The notes under the pieces are model-generated. The model worked only from the letters and a program-made list of their open reading frames with translations, was not told the origin of the DNA and did no database searches. The translations under genes and the position numbers were made by a program. Of a DNA stretch of 64,000 nucleotides, positions 45,466 through 55,795 are shown one piece after another. Numbering within the stretch: the first letter of the stretch is position 1; every line of letters begins with the position of its first letter. Origin of the DNA: Candidatus Poribacteria bacterium (lineage in GTDB: Bacteria; Poribacteria; WGA-4E; WGA-3G); assembly GCA_022823085.1 (NCBI GenBank), contig JAJDXV010000057.1, positions 19,891-83,890 of the forward strand, read 5' to 3'.

Positions 45466-46881
45466 GTGGCGAAAAAAATAACACAATCATCTCATCATGA
45501 GATTAAGACGAAGGACCTTCCCGCTATTTTGGGTGGAACATCGGTCTTTGAGACATCTCCTGATGCGCCGTATCCGAAGTTAGACGAGTGGACACAGATC
45601 ACAGCGGAAGAGGCACAGGTTGTTTATGAGATGACACTCCGCAACGAACTCTCCGGTGCATCTCCAACGGTTCAAGAATTTGAGCGAGTCTGGGCTGAAC
45701 GCCATCACACCCAATTCGCTGTGAGTCTTACCAACGGAACAGCTGCCTTACACAGCGCGATGTTTGGACTCGGTGTCGGTCCCGGAGATGAAGTTATCTG
45801 CCCGACTTATACATGGATGGCTTCAATCACACCTGCGCTAACACTCATGGCAACCCCCGTTTTCTGTGAGGTGGATCCGAAAACGCTGCTGATTGATGTC
45901 AATGATGTCCGACGACGTATTACGGCACGAACGAAGGCTATCGTGGCGGTGCACCTGTGGGGCAATGTCTGCGATATGGACGCACTGATAGCACTCAGCG
46001 AAGAAACCGGTATCCCTGTCATAGAGGATTGCTCACACGCACACGGCGCGTCTTACAAAGGTGTACCCTGTGGTAGTATCGGGCAGGTAGGCGCGTGGAG
46101 TCTGCAAGGCAATAAACCGATTAGCGGCGGTGAAGGTGGCATGCTTGCGACGAACGATGTGGCAGTTTTCGAGCGGGCCTGTCTGCTCGGGCAGGTGAAT
46201 CGGCCACCTCATGTTGTCGGTGAAGCCGCCGACGCACTGCAATACGCACATCTACCGCCGATGGGATTGGGTGTAAAATTTCGGGCACATCCGCTCGCTA
46301 TCGGTATCGCTTCGGTACAACTGAAAAAACTTGATGCACTCAATGCCAACCGTCGTGCCTATATCAAAGAGATTACCGACGGATTACATGAGATCCCCGG
46401 GGTTTCTACGATTGAAAGGTATGAAGGGGCTGAACCGGCAGGATTCTATGGATTTCCGATCCGTTATCATCAGGAAGAGATGCATGGACTACCAGCCCCC
46501 ATATTCGCGGAAGCACTCCGAAGGGAAGGCGTTTTGGCAAATAACAACCCATATCCGCTCCTTGTTGGCGATGCCGTACCCCTCTTTTCAGGGAGTCTAC
46601 CGACGAATAGTAATCCGTATCCACTTTTGCATACTTTGCCGCTCTTCACGCAAGGGCTTGATATCTATACGAAGGGTCGAGGGGCCCTCTGCACCACGGA
46701 CATGGGCGGCACTTTTAAAGGCTATGCTGCCGGCGATCTGCCTGTAACCGAAAAAGTGTGTTCACAACTCATATTTTTGCCACTATTAACGAAACCGGTG
46801 GTAGGTGCCGTCCCTCGGATTTTGACAGCTATCCGAAAAGTCGCTAAACAGAGTCGTTTGATAGTCCGTCAGGCAGGCTAA
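45466..46881 (+). CDS. DegT/DnrJ/EryC1/StrS-family PLP-dependent aminotransferase/dehydratase
   Basis: 'LTNGTAALHSAMFGLGVGPGDEVICPTYTWMAS' and lysine region 'WSLQGNKPISGGEGGML'. Confidence 0.85.
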   Translation: MAKKITQSSHHEIKTKDLPAILGGTSVFETSPDAPYPKLDEWTQITAEEAQVVYEMTLRNELSGASPTVQEFERVWAERHHTQFAVSLTNGTAALHSAMFGLGVGPGDEVICPTYTWMASITPALTLMATPVFCEVDPKTLLIDVNDVRRRITARTKAIVAVHLWGNVCDMDALIALSEETGIPVIEDCSHAHGASYKGVPCGSIGQVGAWSLQGNKPISGGEGGMLATNDVAVFERACLLGQVNRPPHVVGEAADALQYAHLPPMGLGVKFRAHPLAIGIASVQLKKLDALNANRRAYIKEITDGLHEIPGVSTIERYEGAEPAGFYGFPIRYHQEEMHGLPAPIFAEALRREGVLANNNPYPLLVGDAVPLFSGSLPTNSNPYPLLHTLPLFTQGLDIYTKGRGALCTTDMGGTFKGYAAGDLPVTEKVCSQLIFLPLLTKPVVGAVPRILTAIRKVAKQSRLIVRQAG

Positions 46882-46882
46882 G

Positions 46883-48574
46883 ATGTCAACAGAATTTTCA
46901 GCCCGAACCCGATCCAACAATATTCAGACACTCAAGACTGAGAGGTTGGATGTTTTAATTATCGGTGGTGGTATCGTCGGCGCGGGTCTCATTCGTGATC
47001 TCGCACTCAACGGCGGCATCAAAGTCGGGTTAATTGAGCAGGGCGATTTCGCGAGCGGAACGAGCAGCGCAACCTCTCAACTGGTTCACGGCGGCTTTCG
47101 GTACCTCCTTAAACGTGATATTGACCTTGTTAAAAAATCACGTAAGGAACGTGAAATCCTCCGACGCATCGCACCGAATCTCGTCAAACCGATGCCAATA
47201 GCACTGCTCAATTACAGAGGCGATCCGTACCCTTTGACAGGCATACAACTCGCTGCACATTACTACAATCGCCTCTTTAAAGCAGATGAAGCGGAAAAAA
47301 CAGCGGTAATTCGTGATCGACAAAAAGTGAGACAGCTGGTAGGACCCATTGCCGCTGATAGCCTGAAAGGGTGTGTCCTACTATGGGATAGCACTGTTGA
47401 CGACGCAAGGTTAACACTCGCCACTCTCAAAGATGCACACCGACACGGTGCCATCGTTGCAAACTATGTCCGGTTCCTCGATTTTGTCACGCAATCGGAC
47501 ACTGGTGCCGAGGACCGGATGTTCGGGATAACTGCTGAAGATGTCATTTCTGGACAACGTTTTGAAATAACCGCTCGAAAAATTGTGTCAACAACAGGAC
47601 CTTGGAGCGACGAAGTATGGCGTAAAGACCCAAGTTACGATGGCACACCACGTCTGCTGACAGAAAAAGCGAAAGGGGTTCATCTCATCTTGCCGCGCTG
47701 CGGAAAGCAGAACGACTCGGAAGCCTACGGTCTGATTGTTTGCACACACTCGGAAAAGCAACGCAAACGTAATCCGCGTGTTATCTTTATTTTGCCGGGC
47801 GCATACGAGACCTCTATCGTTGGGACCACTGAGACGACTCCGAAGGAGGCGTTGGCATCTGTCCGTCCCTCAGCTGACGAGGCGACGTATCTGCTTTCGG
47901 AAACACAGCGGATTTTTCCTGAAAAAACGCTCAACAGAGATGCGATTATCGCCGCTTATGCCGGCACCCGTCCCCTCATCGCAGCGAACTTACACAAACG
48001 AGGACTCACAAGAACAGGTTTTGTCTCCAGAGAACACTTAATCACGGAGAGTCCGAGCGGAGTCATGTATCTCTATGGTGGAAAACTCACCACGCATCGA
48101 CAGATGGCTGAGGAGACCGTAGACTATCTCGCAGCCTTTTTCAACGTCCCGCGTCACTGTAAGACAGATACCCGTCCGTTGTTTGACACATCAGGGCAAG
48201 AACCGAACGGAAATAGGGATCACGACTCGCTGTCAAACGCTGACGTGGCGCGTCTCATTGAACGGTATGGGGATGGGTACCAGGTGATTCAACGGCTTGT
48301 TAACGACGACGCGGCACTCGCTGAACCGATAACGCCGTCTCTTCCGTTCACGAAAGCCGAACTCCTCTACGCCTATTGGGGCGAGATGACGATGACACTT
48401 GACGACCTTCTCTGGCGACGCACGCGTATCGGTTGGACACGAGGGCAAGGACTTGACATCGCCCCACAAATCGCACAATTCTTAAGTGAGAAAAACGGGT
48501 GGAATCAGGCGAGAGTCGTAGCAGAGGTTGAGGCGTATCGCGAACACATTCGGTGGCTAAATTCTAATTTGTGA
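46883..48574 (+). CDS. FAD-dependent glycerol-3-phosphate dehydrogenase family oxidoreductase (GlpA/GlpD-like)
   Basis: 'DVLIIGGGIVGAGLIRDLA' dinucleotide-binding motif and 'SGTSSATSQLVHGGFRYL'. 563 aa. Confidence 0.8.
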   Translation: MSTEFSARTRSNNIQTLKTERLDVLIIGGGIVGAGLIRDLALNGGIKVGLIEQGDFASGTSSATSQLVHGGFRYLLKRDIDLVKKSRKEREILRRIAPNLVKPMPIALLNYRGDPYPLTGIQLAAHYYNRLFKADEAEKTAVIRDRQKVRQLVGPIAADSLKGCVLLWDSTVDDARLTLATLKDAHRHGAIVANYVRFLDFVTQSDTGAEDRMFGITAEDVISGQRFEITARKIVSTTGPWSDEVWRKDPSYDGTPRLLTEKAKGVHLILPRCGKQNDSEAYGLIVCTHSEKQRKRNPRVIFILPGAYETSIVGTTETTPKEALASVRPSADEATYLLSETQRIFPEKTLNRDAIIAAYAGTRPLIAANLHKRGLTRTGFVSREHLITESPSGVMYLYGGKLTTHRQMAEETVDYLAAFFNVPRHCKTDTRPLFDTSGQEPNGNRDHDSLSNADVARLIERYGDGYQVIQRLVNDDAALAEPITPSLPFTKAELLYAYWGEMTMTLDDLLWRRTRIGWTRGQGLDIAPQIAQFLSEKNGWNQARVVAEVEAYREHIRWLNSNL

Positions 48575-48598
48575 ACGAACCGCAAGGAAAATTAAAAG

Positions 48599-49591
48599 AT
48601 GGAAGTTTACCGTTGGGAAGAACGCAAATTTGGGAGGCTGGAGCCGCTACGTTTCAGCGAAGAACGCGAGTTTGAGGACCTCCTTGAAAAAGACGCAACA
48701 CTCGTTCTCGGTGAACCGCTCTGTATTATCAGTAGGCAACCGCCACTCAGTACCTCGAAACAGAAGATTGACCTACTCGCGCTCGATCGGCAAGGAAATT
48801 GTGTGATTATTGAACTCAAGCGCGGCAAACCGTCTCGGACAGCAATCACACAGATTTTGGAGTACGCCGCCGGTGTCTCCCAACTCTCTTTCATAGAATT
48901 AGAGCAGCTCGCTTACCGATGGTGTCAACAGCAAGGGAAAGAATTCTCAACACTCACCGCCATGCACAGCGAATTCTTTGGATATGAACCGGGCGATATT
49001 CGCAAATCCGCATTCAACCAGAAACAGCGATTGGTACTTATTTCGGAAGGCGTAGACACACGCGTCTTAGAAGTCGCCGAATACCTGCGAGCCTTGGGGT
49101 TGGACCTCACCTATATCTCCTATTTTTCCTATCATGCACCAGACGAGATTTTAGTCGCGACCGAAACTGTACTCGGTGGCACAATCGTTAAGGAAGAAGA
49201 ACGGAACTATGGCGGCCGCACCACGCAGCAGTTTATGACGCTCACATCGTTTGTTGAGCTGCTGCAAGTGAACGAAGAACTCCTACAGGTCGCGAATGAG
49301 TTCGTTGAATACGTTGACACATGCGGTGCCACGCTGCGACCGCGCATCGCAAAACTCCGAATGACGATCGGGGGACGCTGGTGGCTCGACACGTACCCCT
49401 CAAGAAGAGCCACACATTTCCGTGTCGATGTACACGGCGATTTCACACCACTCCACATCGTTGAGTGCAGAGCCAACTTGCCGAACGTGACCGTCAAAAA
49501 TTTCGGTATCTCTTTCAATGTCGCGACCAAAGCACATCTTGACTATGCGATTGAAATTTTTGAACGCGTTCGCAACGCTATCCTTTTCTAA
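48599..49591 (+). CDS. Hypothetical protein with N-terminal PD-(D/E)xK-like (NucS/DUF91-type) nuclease motif
   Basis: 'IDLLALDRQGNCVIIELKRGK' shows the D...E-x-K pattern. Confidence 0.45.
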   Translation: MEVYRWEERKFGRLEPLRFSEEREFEDLLEKDATLVLGEPLCIISRQPPLSTSKQKIDLLALDRQGNCVIIELKRGKPSRTAITQILEYAAGVSQLSFIELEQLAYRWCQQQGKEFSTLTAMHSEFFGYEPGDIRKSAFNQKQRLVLISEGVDTRVLEVAEYLRALGLDLTYISYFSYHAPDEILVATETVLGGTIVKEEERNYGGRTTQQFMTLTSFVELLQVNEELLQVANEFVEYVDTCGATLRPRIAKLRMTIGGRWWLDTYPSRRATHFRVDVHGDFTPLHIVECRANLPNVTVKNFGISFNVATKAHLDYAIEIFERVRNAILF

Positions 49592-49713
49592 TAGGACTTA
49601 CGCATGCTCCTCTTTATGTACCACAATCTGTTAGATTGTGTTCCAAAAACGCTGTGTTTTCCGAAAAATTTCATCTAACAAAACGAACTATAGTCAAAAT
49701 TGCGTAAGTCCTA
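49592..49713. mobile_element. 122-bp MITE copy 2 with TIRs TAGGACTTACGCA/TGCGTAAGTCCTA and TSD TCTAA
   Basis: TSD at 49587-49591 and 49714-49718; the first TSD copy overlaps the stop codon of the 48599..49591 gene. Same internal palindrome as copy 1. Confidence 0.85.
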
Positions 49714-49783
49714 TCTAAGAGATATTGACAGCTAAGTTGTAACACAAACTTTCAGTTTATCGCATATACAACGCAAACTAAAA

Positions 49784-49825
49784 GTAGGAGCGAACTGTGC
49801 TCGCGATCCCTTAAAACGTCTAATC
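49784..49825. repeat. Dispersed repeat 'GTAGGAGCGARCTGTGCTCGCGATC...AAAACGTC' (copy 1), just upstream of the VWA gene start
   Basis: Near-identical to 63870-63912. A degenerate inverted copy lies at 42481-42509. Contains hairpin GCGAGC-TGT-GCTCGC. Confidence 0.7.
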
Positions 49826-49831
49826 AAAAAA

Positions 49832-50860
49832 ATGAACTGGCTCCGCTTCGGTAACCCCGAATACCTATACCTCCTATGGGCAATCCCGCCTTTAATCTTT
49901 CTGCTTCTTTTTGGGCTACGCCAAAAACAGAAGGCACTGCTACGATTCCATAGCAATGTCGATCCTGCACATCTGCAGCGACACAAGATTCAAGCCGGCG
50001 TGTTGCTGCTCAGTTGCATCTTCGTCATACTCGCAGTTGCACGACCGCAGTGGGGCGCGAAACCCGAATCTGTCGCTGAAAGGCTCGATGTCATGCTCGC
50101 ACTTGATATTTCGACGAGTATGCTGGCGGAAGATGAGCAGTCCGTTCGGCGACTCGATCGCGCCAAAGAGGTTATGTTCTCACTCTTAGCGGAACTCGAG
50201 GGAGACCGTGTCGGGTTACTCTATTTCGCGGAGGCAAGTTTCGTGGTGTGTCCTTTGACCAGTGATACCGGCACTCTCAGAGAATTCTTAGCAGCGGTAA
50301 CCACAGAGACGCTTGCACATAGCGGCACTCGGATCGTTAACGCCATTGAGACTGCGACAGAACGTCTCGTTTCGGGTGAAAAAAACGCAACAACAGCACC
50401 AGATATTGACGGACAGAAGGCTCTGATTCTGTTTACAGATGGCGAGGATCACGGCGGCGCGGCAATCGAAGCCGCAAAAGCAGCGGCACCGAAAGGCGTG
50501 CATATCTACTGTGTCGGGATCGGGAATCCCGTCAGGCCTGCCCCGATTCCGCTTCCTGGAGATGCCAGTACCGGCGCGACACCCTATAAACGCGATGTCA
50601 ACGGACAACTCGTGCTAACAATATTAGATGAGAAACTTCTACAGAAGATCGCAAAAGCAGGAAACGGCAATTACTACCATGCAACAACCGGCATTACACA
50701 GTTAGCGACAGACTTGGCGCGACTCGAAAAGCAACAGTTCACCGTCCGATCGGATGGTGCGTATCAGGAACGTTTCCAATGGTTCGTCGCCGGTGCGTTG
50801 ATCCTGCTTATCTACGAGTTAGTCCACTTTGCGATATGGGTACGCAAGGCGCACCGTTAA
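49832..50860 (+). CDS. VWA-domain membrane protein (BatA-like)
   Basis: Two N-terminal TM helices. MIDAS-like 'LDVMLALDISTSM'. C-terminal TM. Confidence 0.75.
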   Translation: MNWLRFGNPEYLYLLWAIPPLIFLLLFGLRQKQKALLRFHSNVDPAHLQRHKIQAGVLLLSCIFVILAVARPQWGAKPESVAERLDVMLALDISTSMLAEDEQSVRRLDRAKEVMFSLLAELEGDRVGLLYFAEASFVVCPLTSDTGTLREFLAAVTTETLAHSGTRIVNAIETATERLVSGEKNATTAPDIDGQKALILFTDGEDHGGAAIEAAKAAAPKGVHIYCVGIGNPVRPAPIPLPGDASTGATPYKRDVNGQLVLTILDEKLLQKIAKAGNGNYYHATTGITQLATDLARLEKQQFTVRSDGAYQERFQWFVAGALILLIYELVHFAIWVRKAHR

Positions 50861-50896
50861 GATTTTCGGGGGCATACGTCGACAAATGTAATCGTC

Positions 50897-51895
50897 CTAT
50901 GTCCTTTTAAATATTAAACCGTCTGGACGATAGCGCATCATCAAAATCAAAATAACCCCAAAGATTAGGTAGCGCGCACCTGCAAATTGCGGAAAGTTGG
51001 AAAGGATTTCCCGTAGGATTTCACTTAAGGAACCGAGGATGATTGCCCCGATAACGGAGCCCTTAATGCTCCCTTTGCCACCGAGAATTACCATACAGAG
51101 GATAAGAATGGATTCCCAAAATTCAAAAGATTTCGCACTAATCAGTGATCCAAATGGGGCTAAAAAAGCCCCACCGAGCGCACCAATCGCTGCACTGACA
51201 GCAAACGCAAGCGACTTATATTGGCTGACATTGATGCCCATAGACGCTGCTGCTTGTTCATCTTCTCGGATAGCGACCCATGCCCTTCCAACACGAGAAT
51301 GTTGTAACCGATAGGTAACAAATATAACCAATGTGAGTAAGATGAGAATGTGGTAGTAGTGGTGCCAATTTTGCTTGAGTTCTATCCCAAAAAACGTGAT
51401 GTGTGGAATGTTTTTAACAAATCCGTTGATGTCCCCAATCAACCATATCTCATTCTTCACAATCCGGAAAAGCAGTTCTGCAAACCCGAAAGTAACGATT
51501 GCGAAATAATCGCCTGTGAGCCGTAGCGTGGGCGCACCGCGTAACAACCCCCAAAGTGCACCATTGAGGACCGCTAACGGCAGCACGACCCAGTAACTAA
51601 ACCCGAGCCGCGTCATCAAAAGCCCCGCGGTATATCCGCCAACGAGATAGAACCCAACGTAGCCGAGATCCAATAAACCTGTAAATCCGCAAACGATATT
51701 CAGACCGACTGCGAGAAGGGTATACAAACCGACTTGAACAACAATGTAAAGAATGTAATCGCCGCTCGGTGTCGGTAAATAGATATTTCGATAGGATAGT
51801 AACAGGGTAATGTAATCCACCGCATACATAAGTAGCGGAAAGAAAAAGATTAAAGAAAAGAAGATTATATTTTTCCGTGTTAACTTATCTCGCAT
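50897..51895 (-). CDS. livM: Branched-chain amino acid ABC transporter permease (LivM-like)
   Basis: 332 aa, polytopic, with the typical LivM C-terminal core. Confidence 0.8.
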   Translation of the reverse strand: MRDKLTRKNIIFFSLIFFFPLLMYAVDYITLLLSYRNIYLPTPSGDYILYIVVQVGLYTLLAVGLNIVCGFTGLLDLGYVGFYLVGGYTAGLLMTRLGFSYWVVLPLAVLNGALWGLLRGAPTLRLTGDYFAIVTFGFAELLFRIVKNEIWLIGDINGFVKNIPHITFFGIELKQNWHHYYHILILLTLVIFVTYRLQHSRVGRAWVAIREDEQAAASMGINVSQYKSLAFAVSAAIGALGGAFLAPFGSLISAKSFEFWESILILCMVILGGKGSIKGSVIGAIILGSLSEILREILSNFPQFAGARYLIFGVILILMMRYRPDGLIFKRT

Positions 51896-51937
51896 GGTTC
51901 CACAGATTCCTAAACCTAACTTCGCCCTGGGTTTCGC

Positions 51938-52888
51938 TTAGGCACGGGTCGCAGTCGATTTCCCAAACAGCCCAGAAGGACGGATTATAATAACAGCAAT
52001 CATAACGATATAGGCAATAGCGACTCGATATCCCGAGCCGTAGCCGTAAGGGATATAGCCAGCCCCAAACACTTCGGCGAATCCTATAAGGAGCCCGCCA
52101 AGCATCGCCCCCGTGATATTTCCGATGCCGCCGAGGACAGCCGCAGCAAACGCTGCAACGCCCTTATAGTATCCCATCGTCGGTTCAATAATTTCTTTCA
52201 CGCCGACCATCACCCCCGCAACGGCTCCTAAAGCGGAACCGATAGCAAACGTTACCACAATCACTCGGTTGGTGTTGATACCCATCAAATTGGCGGCAAC
52301 CCGATCTTGCGCACAAGCCCGCATCGCTTTGCCTATCTTTGTTAGGGAGACCAACCGGTTTAAAGCAATCATTAAGACAAAGGCAAGTAGAATAATAGAT
52401 AAATCTCGGTAAGGCAAGTAAGCACCGCCGGGGAGAGCAACTGCGGTCTCGGTGAAAGAAAATGCCGGTAGAGATTCCGTCGGCGGGATGCCCGGCCTTA
52501 GGAAAGCCGGTAGAGATTCTGGTGGAAAAGGACGCTGCCTTGCACCCCAGATAATTCGAGCAAGGTTTTGGAGACCGATTGAGACACCGATGGCTGTAAT
52601 TAATGCTGATAAACGCGGGGCGTTGCGAAGCGGACGATAAGCAACCAGATCCATCAGCATTCCGATGCCCGCACACAGAAGCATACTGATCGGAACCGCT
52701 ATCCAAAACGGTATACCAAAAACTGTGACAAGGGCAAACGCAAGGTAAGCACCGAGCATGAAAATCTCGCCGTGCGCAAAATTGATCAACTCGATGATGC
52801 CGTAAACCATCGTATAGCCAACAGCAATAAGCGCGTAGATACCACCAAGAACAAGGGCATTAATCAGCTGCTCTAAAAATTGATCCAT
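51938..52888 (-). CDS. livH: Branched-chain amino acid ABC transporter permease (LivH-like) with a small in-frame tandem duplication in a loop
   Basis: 316 aa. 'ESLPAF' is encoded twice by the direct DNA repeat GCCGGTAGAGATTC at about 52463 and 52502. Confidence 0.8.
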   Translation of the reverse strand: MDQFLEQLINALVLGGIYALIAVGYTMVYGIIELINFAHGEIFMLGAYLAFALVTVFGIPFWIAVPISMLLCAGIGMLMDLVAYRPLRNAPRLSALITAIGVSIGLQNLARIIWGARQRPFPPESLPAFLRPGIPPTESLPAFSFTETAVALPGGAYLPYRDLSIILLAFVLMIALNRLVSLTKIGKAMRACAQDRVAANLMGINTNRVIVVTFAIGSALGAVAGVMVGVKEIIEPTMGYYKGVAAFAAAVLGGIGNITGAMLGGLLIGFAEVFGAGYIPYGYGSGYRVAIAYIVMIAVIIIRPSGLFGKSTATRA

Positions 52889-53005
52889 AATTCTTAAATT
52901 CCTGCTATCTATTCCATTGAAAAGAAAATACGAAAAACGCCGGTTTTCATATTATCTTCCGCACCTGCGGCGCGGTGAAATTGGAACACACCTCTGTTTT
53001 TCGGA

Positions 53006-54166
53006 TTATAGTTCAAGCAGCTGCTTCGGGGCTGTCGTAAATTTACCATCTTTAACAACTTTGACATAAGCAGGTTTATTAAGCGTATCCCCATTTTTGT
53101 CAAAATAGGTTAACCCCGTAATCCCTTTGTATCCTTCTGCAGCGGTATCTAACGATGCCAAATGATCGCGAATCGCTTTCCGATTTTCGGCGAGTTTAGC
53201 CCCTTTATTATACGTCTTTTCGATCGCTTCAGCAATCATACCTGTCGCATCATAAGTGAGTGCTGCCCACGTATCAGGGGCGACACCGAATTCTGCCTCA
53301 AATGCCTGAGCGACCTTCAAAGCTTCATCGCCGCCGGCACCGAATGTAAAAGGCGTTGTCAGATAGGTGCCTTCGGCCGCTTCACCGGCGATCTCAAGGA
53401 AATCCGGCGAATCTACACCATCTGCTCCGAAAAACTGTGCTGTGATCCCAGCTTCACGCGCCTGTTTAACAATTAAGGCTGCTTGACTGTAAAGCCCAGA
53501 GACAAAGATAGCATCAGGATTCTTCGCTTTAATGCTCGTGAGTTGCGCTTTAAAATCGGTATTATCGCGATCATAAGCCTCCGCAGCGACAATGTTGAGT
53601 CCAATCGTCTCGGCTTCTGCAGTGAAAGCATCTTTCAGACCTCTACCGTAGTCGTCGTTATCAAAGAGCACACCAACGGATTGCAGGTCCGTCAGGACGT
53701 TTTTGATATATTTAGCGATGAATTCGCCTTGAAAATCGTCTCGATACAAATTCCGAAACGTCCAGTCGCTTCCTTCACACACACTCACGTTCGTTGAACC
53801 CGGCGACAATTCAACGATCCCATTCTCGGCATAGATCGGTTTACCTGCTAACGAACATGAACTGTTGAAGTGCCCGACAACAGCAAGGATGCGTCGGTCA
53901 GTCGCGAAGCGCGTCGCAACAGCTCTCGCCTCTTTTTCTGTCCCCGCATCATCTCCAAAAATGAGCGTTAACTTCATGCCGTTGATGCCACCCGCGTCAT
54001 TGATCTCTTTGGCTTTCAGCTCGGCACCGCGTTTAATCATTTCTCCGAATGCTGCAGCATTACCTGTAAGCGGACCCGCTACAGCGACTCTTACCTCTGG
54101 TTGACTACTGCATCCCAAAATGGACACAAACCCAACAATCAGCAATCCTATAAATAAATTCCGCAT
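53006..54166 (-). CDS. ABC transporter substrate-binding protein (LivK/LivJ family, type I periplasmic binding fold)
   Basis: Lipoprotein-type signal 'VSILGCSS'; 386 aa. Sits upstream of livHM in the same orientation. Confidence 0.8.
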   Translation of the reverse strand: MRNLFIGLLIVGFVSILGCSSQPEVRVAVAGPLTGNAAAFGEMIKRGAELKAKEINDAGGINGMKLTLIFGDDAGTEKEARAVATRFATDRRILAVVGHFNSSCSLAGKPIYAENGIVELSPGSTNVSVCEGSDWTFRNLYRDDFQGEFIAKYIKNVLTDLQSVGVLFDNDDYGRGLKDAFTAEAETIGLNIVAAEAYDRDNTDFKAQLTSIKAKNPDAIFVSGLYSQAALIVKQAREAGITAQFFGADGVDSPDFLEIAGEAAEGTYLTTPFTFGAGGDEALKVAQAFEAEFGVAPDTWAALTYDATGMIAEAIEKTYNKGAKLAENRKAIRDHLASLDTAAEGYKGITGLTYFDKNGDTLNKPAYVKVVKDGKFTTAPKQLLEL

Positions 54167-54243
54167 TTTGTCTTACTCCCTTCGTTTTCTGGCAAATCTT
54201 GCGTGCGAACAATCCGAATCAAGATATTGAAATGATAATCATT

Positions 54244-55011
54244 TTACGGCAAAACCTGCCTGAAGTCAATCTTAAATTTCAATGTGTCTTCTTTACCGTT
54301 CGGATGGACGATCCGAATCTCTGGCACAACAATCCTGAGTTCCGTGGCATCAGGCTCAAGTCGGTCAAAAATTATTAACCCACTACGTTTCGCACCGGAG
54401 AACAATTTGCCGCTTTCAAAGATGGTATCCTCTATCACAATTTGACCCCATTCTAACGCTTCGGCATCTACATAAGACTGATAATAACCGTAGTAGGAGT
54501 GATAAGCAGCCGAACCGTAAGGGTAACCTGCATGCCAAGGATCACGACGCGCGACGTTCACGTTGTCATACAGTGAATCAAAGTAGTCGTTCGATAGATT
54601 GGCGTATTGCGCACCATTCGCATCAATCAGTATTGCCATGTCTTCCACAACAACGCGATTGTTATCGCGATTGTGGGCTACCATTTCAAACACGGTGTAG
54701 ATCGGTTCGACAGCACCGTTCCGCTCGACGATAAGATACGGATTCATTCGCGGATCCTCGGTTAGTCCGAACAGTTCCACCTCATCGATCGGTTTGATAC
54801 TAACAGCGACACCCTCTTTAACAACCGTTGCGGCACCCGTTTCAGGGTTTATTTGCGCATTAAAACGTTCCGCGATCGGTTCTATATAGGCATCAATTGA
54901 GGGTTGTGGTGCAACAGCACATCCGCCTAACAACACGCCTGTTAGTAGGAATAAGCCGATGCTGCACAGAACCTGATAGCGGAAATTGAGATGGTGTTTC
55001 CTATAAATCAT
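54244..55011 (-). CDS. Hypothetical secreted/lipoprotein
   Basis: N-terminal hydrophobic segment with 'LGGCAV'. No other motifs. Confidence 0.45.
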   Translation of the reverse strand: MIYRKHHLNFRYQVLCSIGLFLLTGVLLGGCAVAPQPSIDAYIEPIAERFNAQINPETGAATVVKEGVAVSIKPIDEVELFGLTEDPRMNPYLIVERNGAVEPIYTVFEMVAHNRDNNRVVVEDMAILIDANGAQYANLSNDYFDSLYDNVNVARRDPWHAGYPYGSAAYHSYYGYYQSYVDAEALEWGQIVIEDTIFESGKLFSGAKRSGLIIFDRLEPDATELRIVVPEIRIVHPNGKEDTLKFKIDFRQVLP

Positions 55012-55115
55012 GCCCCTACCCTCCTATACAAGTCTATTTTACATCTTGTGAACTTTATTGTCAAAGGTTTTATTTTTTTTACACCGTATTGCCGCCTGCA
55101 GCAGTTTGCAAAACG

Positions 55116-55703
55116 CTAAAACTCCCACTGCAAGAGTGTAATCCGGTTATGCCAAACGAGCATACCTGTCGCTGTGCCGATGACCGCACCGACAACGACA
55201 TCTGATGGATAGTGCCGTCCTAAATAGACGCGTGAGAAACTGACAAGTCCAGCACCGAGATAGAGTGGGATTCGCCATTTCGGATACGTGTACCCTAAAA
55301 TGGTTGCGACACTGAACGTAATAGAGGCGTGTCCGGACGGCATCGCAGGGTTACCGAGTGTCTCATCAAGGGGTCGCTTCCTGCCGACCAATCTTTTCAT
55401 ACCGAACGTTAGAATCCCTGCGCCCATGTATGCTGAAGACAAGAGTTTTCCGGTCTTTCGGTGCGATTCGTTTCCGTACGCCATGAGAAGAATTGACGCA
55501 CCCATCACACCTCGGTAATCCCCAAGGTCCGAAACCGCCTCCATAATTGTCCACATCGGCTCTCGGCGTGGCGGCGCATCGTAGGTGCGATCAAAGAGTG
55601 TTTGGTCCCAGCGTGACAAGAAGGTTTCGGCATCCGCATCTAATCCCGTAGCACAACAGAGTATCAGGATAAATATCCAGAATATATTCGGTCGGTTTCG
55701 CAT
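55116..55703 (-). CDS. PAP2-family phosphatase (phosphatidic-acid-phosphatase type 2)
   Basis: Three PAP2 motifs: 'KRLVGRKRP', 'PSGH', 'SRVYLGRHYPSDV'. Confidence 0.85.
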   Translation of the reverse strand: MRNRPNIFWIFILILCCATGLDADAETFLSRWDQTLFDRTYDAPPRREPMWTIMEAVSDLGDYRGVMGASILLMAYGNESHRKTGKLLSSAYMGAGILTFGMKRLVGRKRPLDETLGNPAMPSGHASITFSVATILGYTYPKWRIPLYLGAGLVSFSRVYLGRHYPSDVVVGAVIGTATGMLVWHNRITLLQWEF

Positions 55704-55795
55704 ATCCGTTACACAAATTGGATAGGTACGCCATTGATATTTTACAAATCGTCAAATGACGTACCGAAGAAGCAATAGATTTATCTCCGACGACA

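Noticed and set aside
52185-52706. ORF 52185..52706(-) and 52452..52640(+) within livH
   Set aside because: Alternate-frame shadows of the LivH permease gene.
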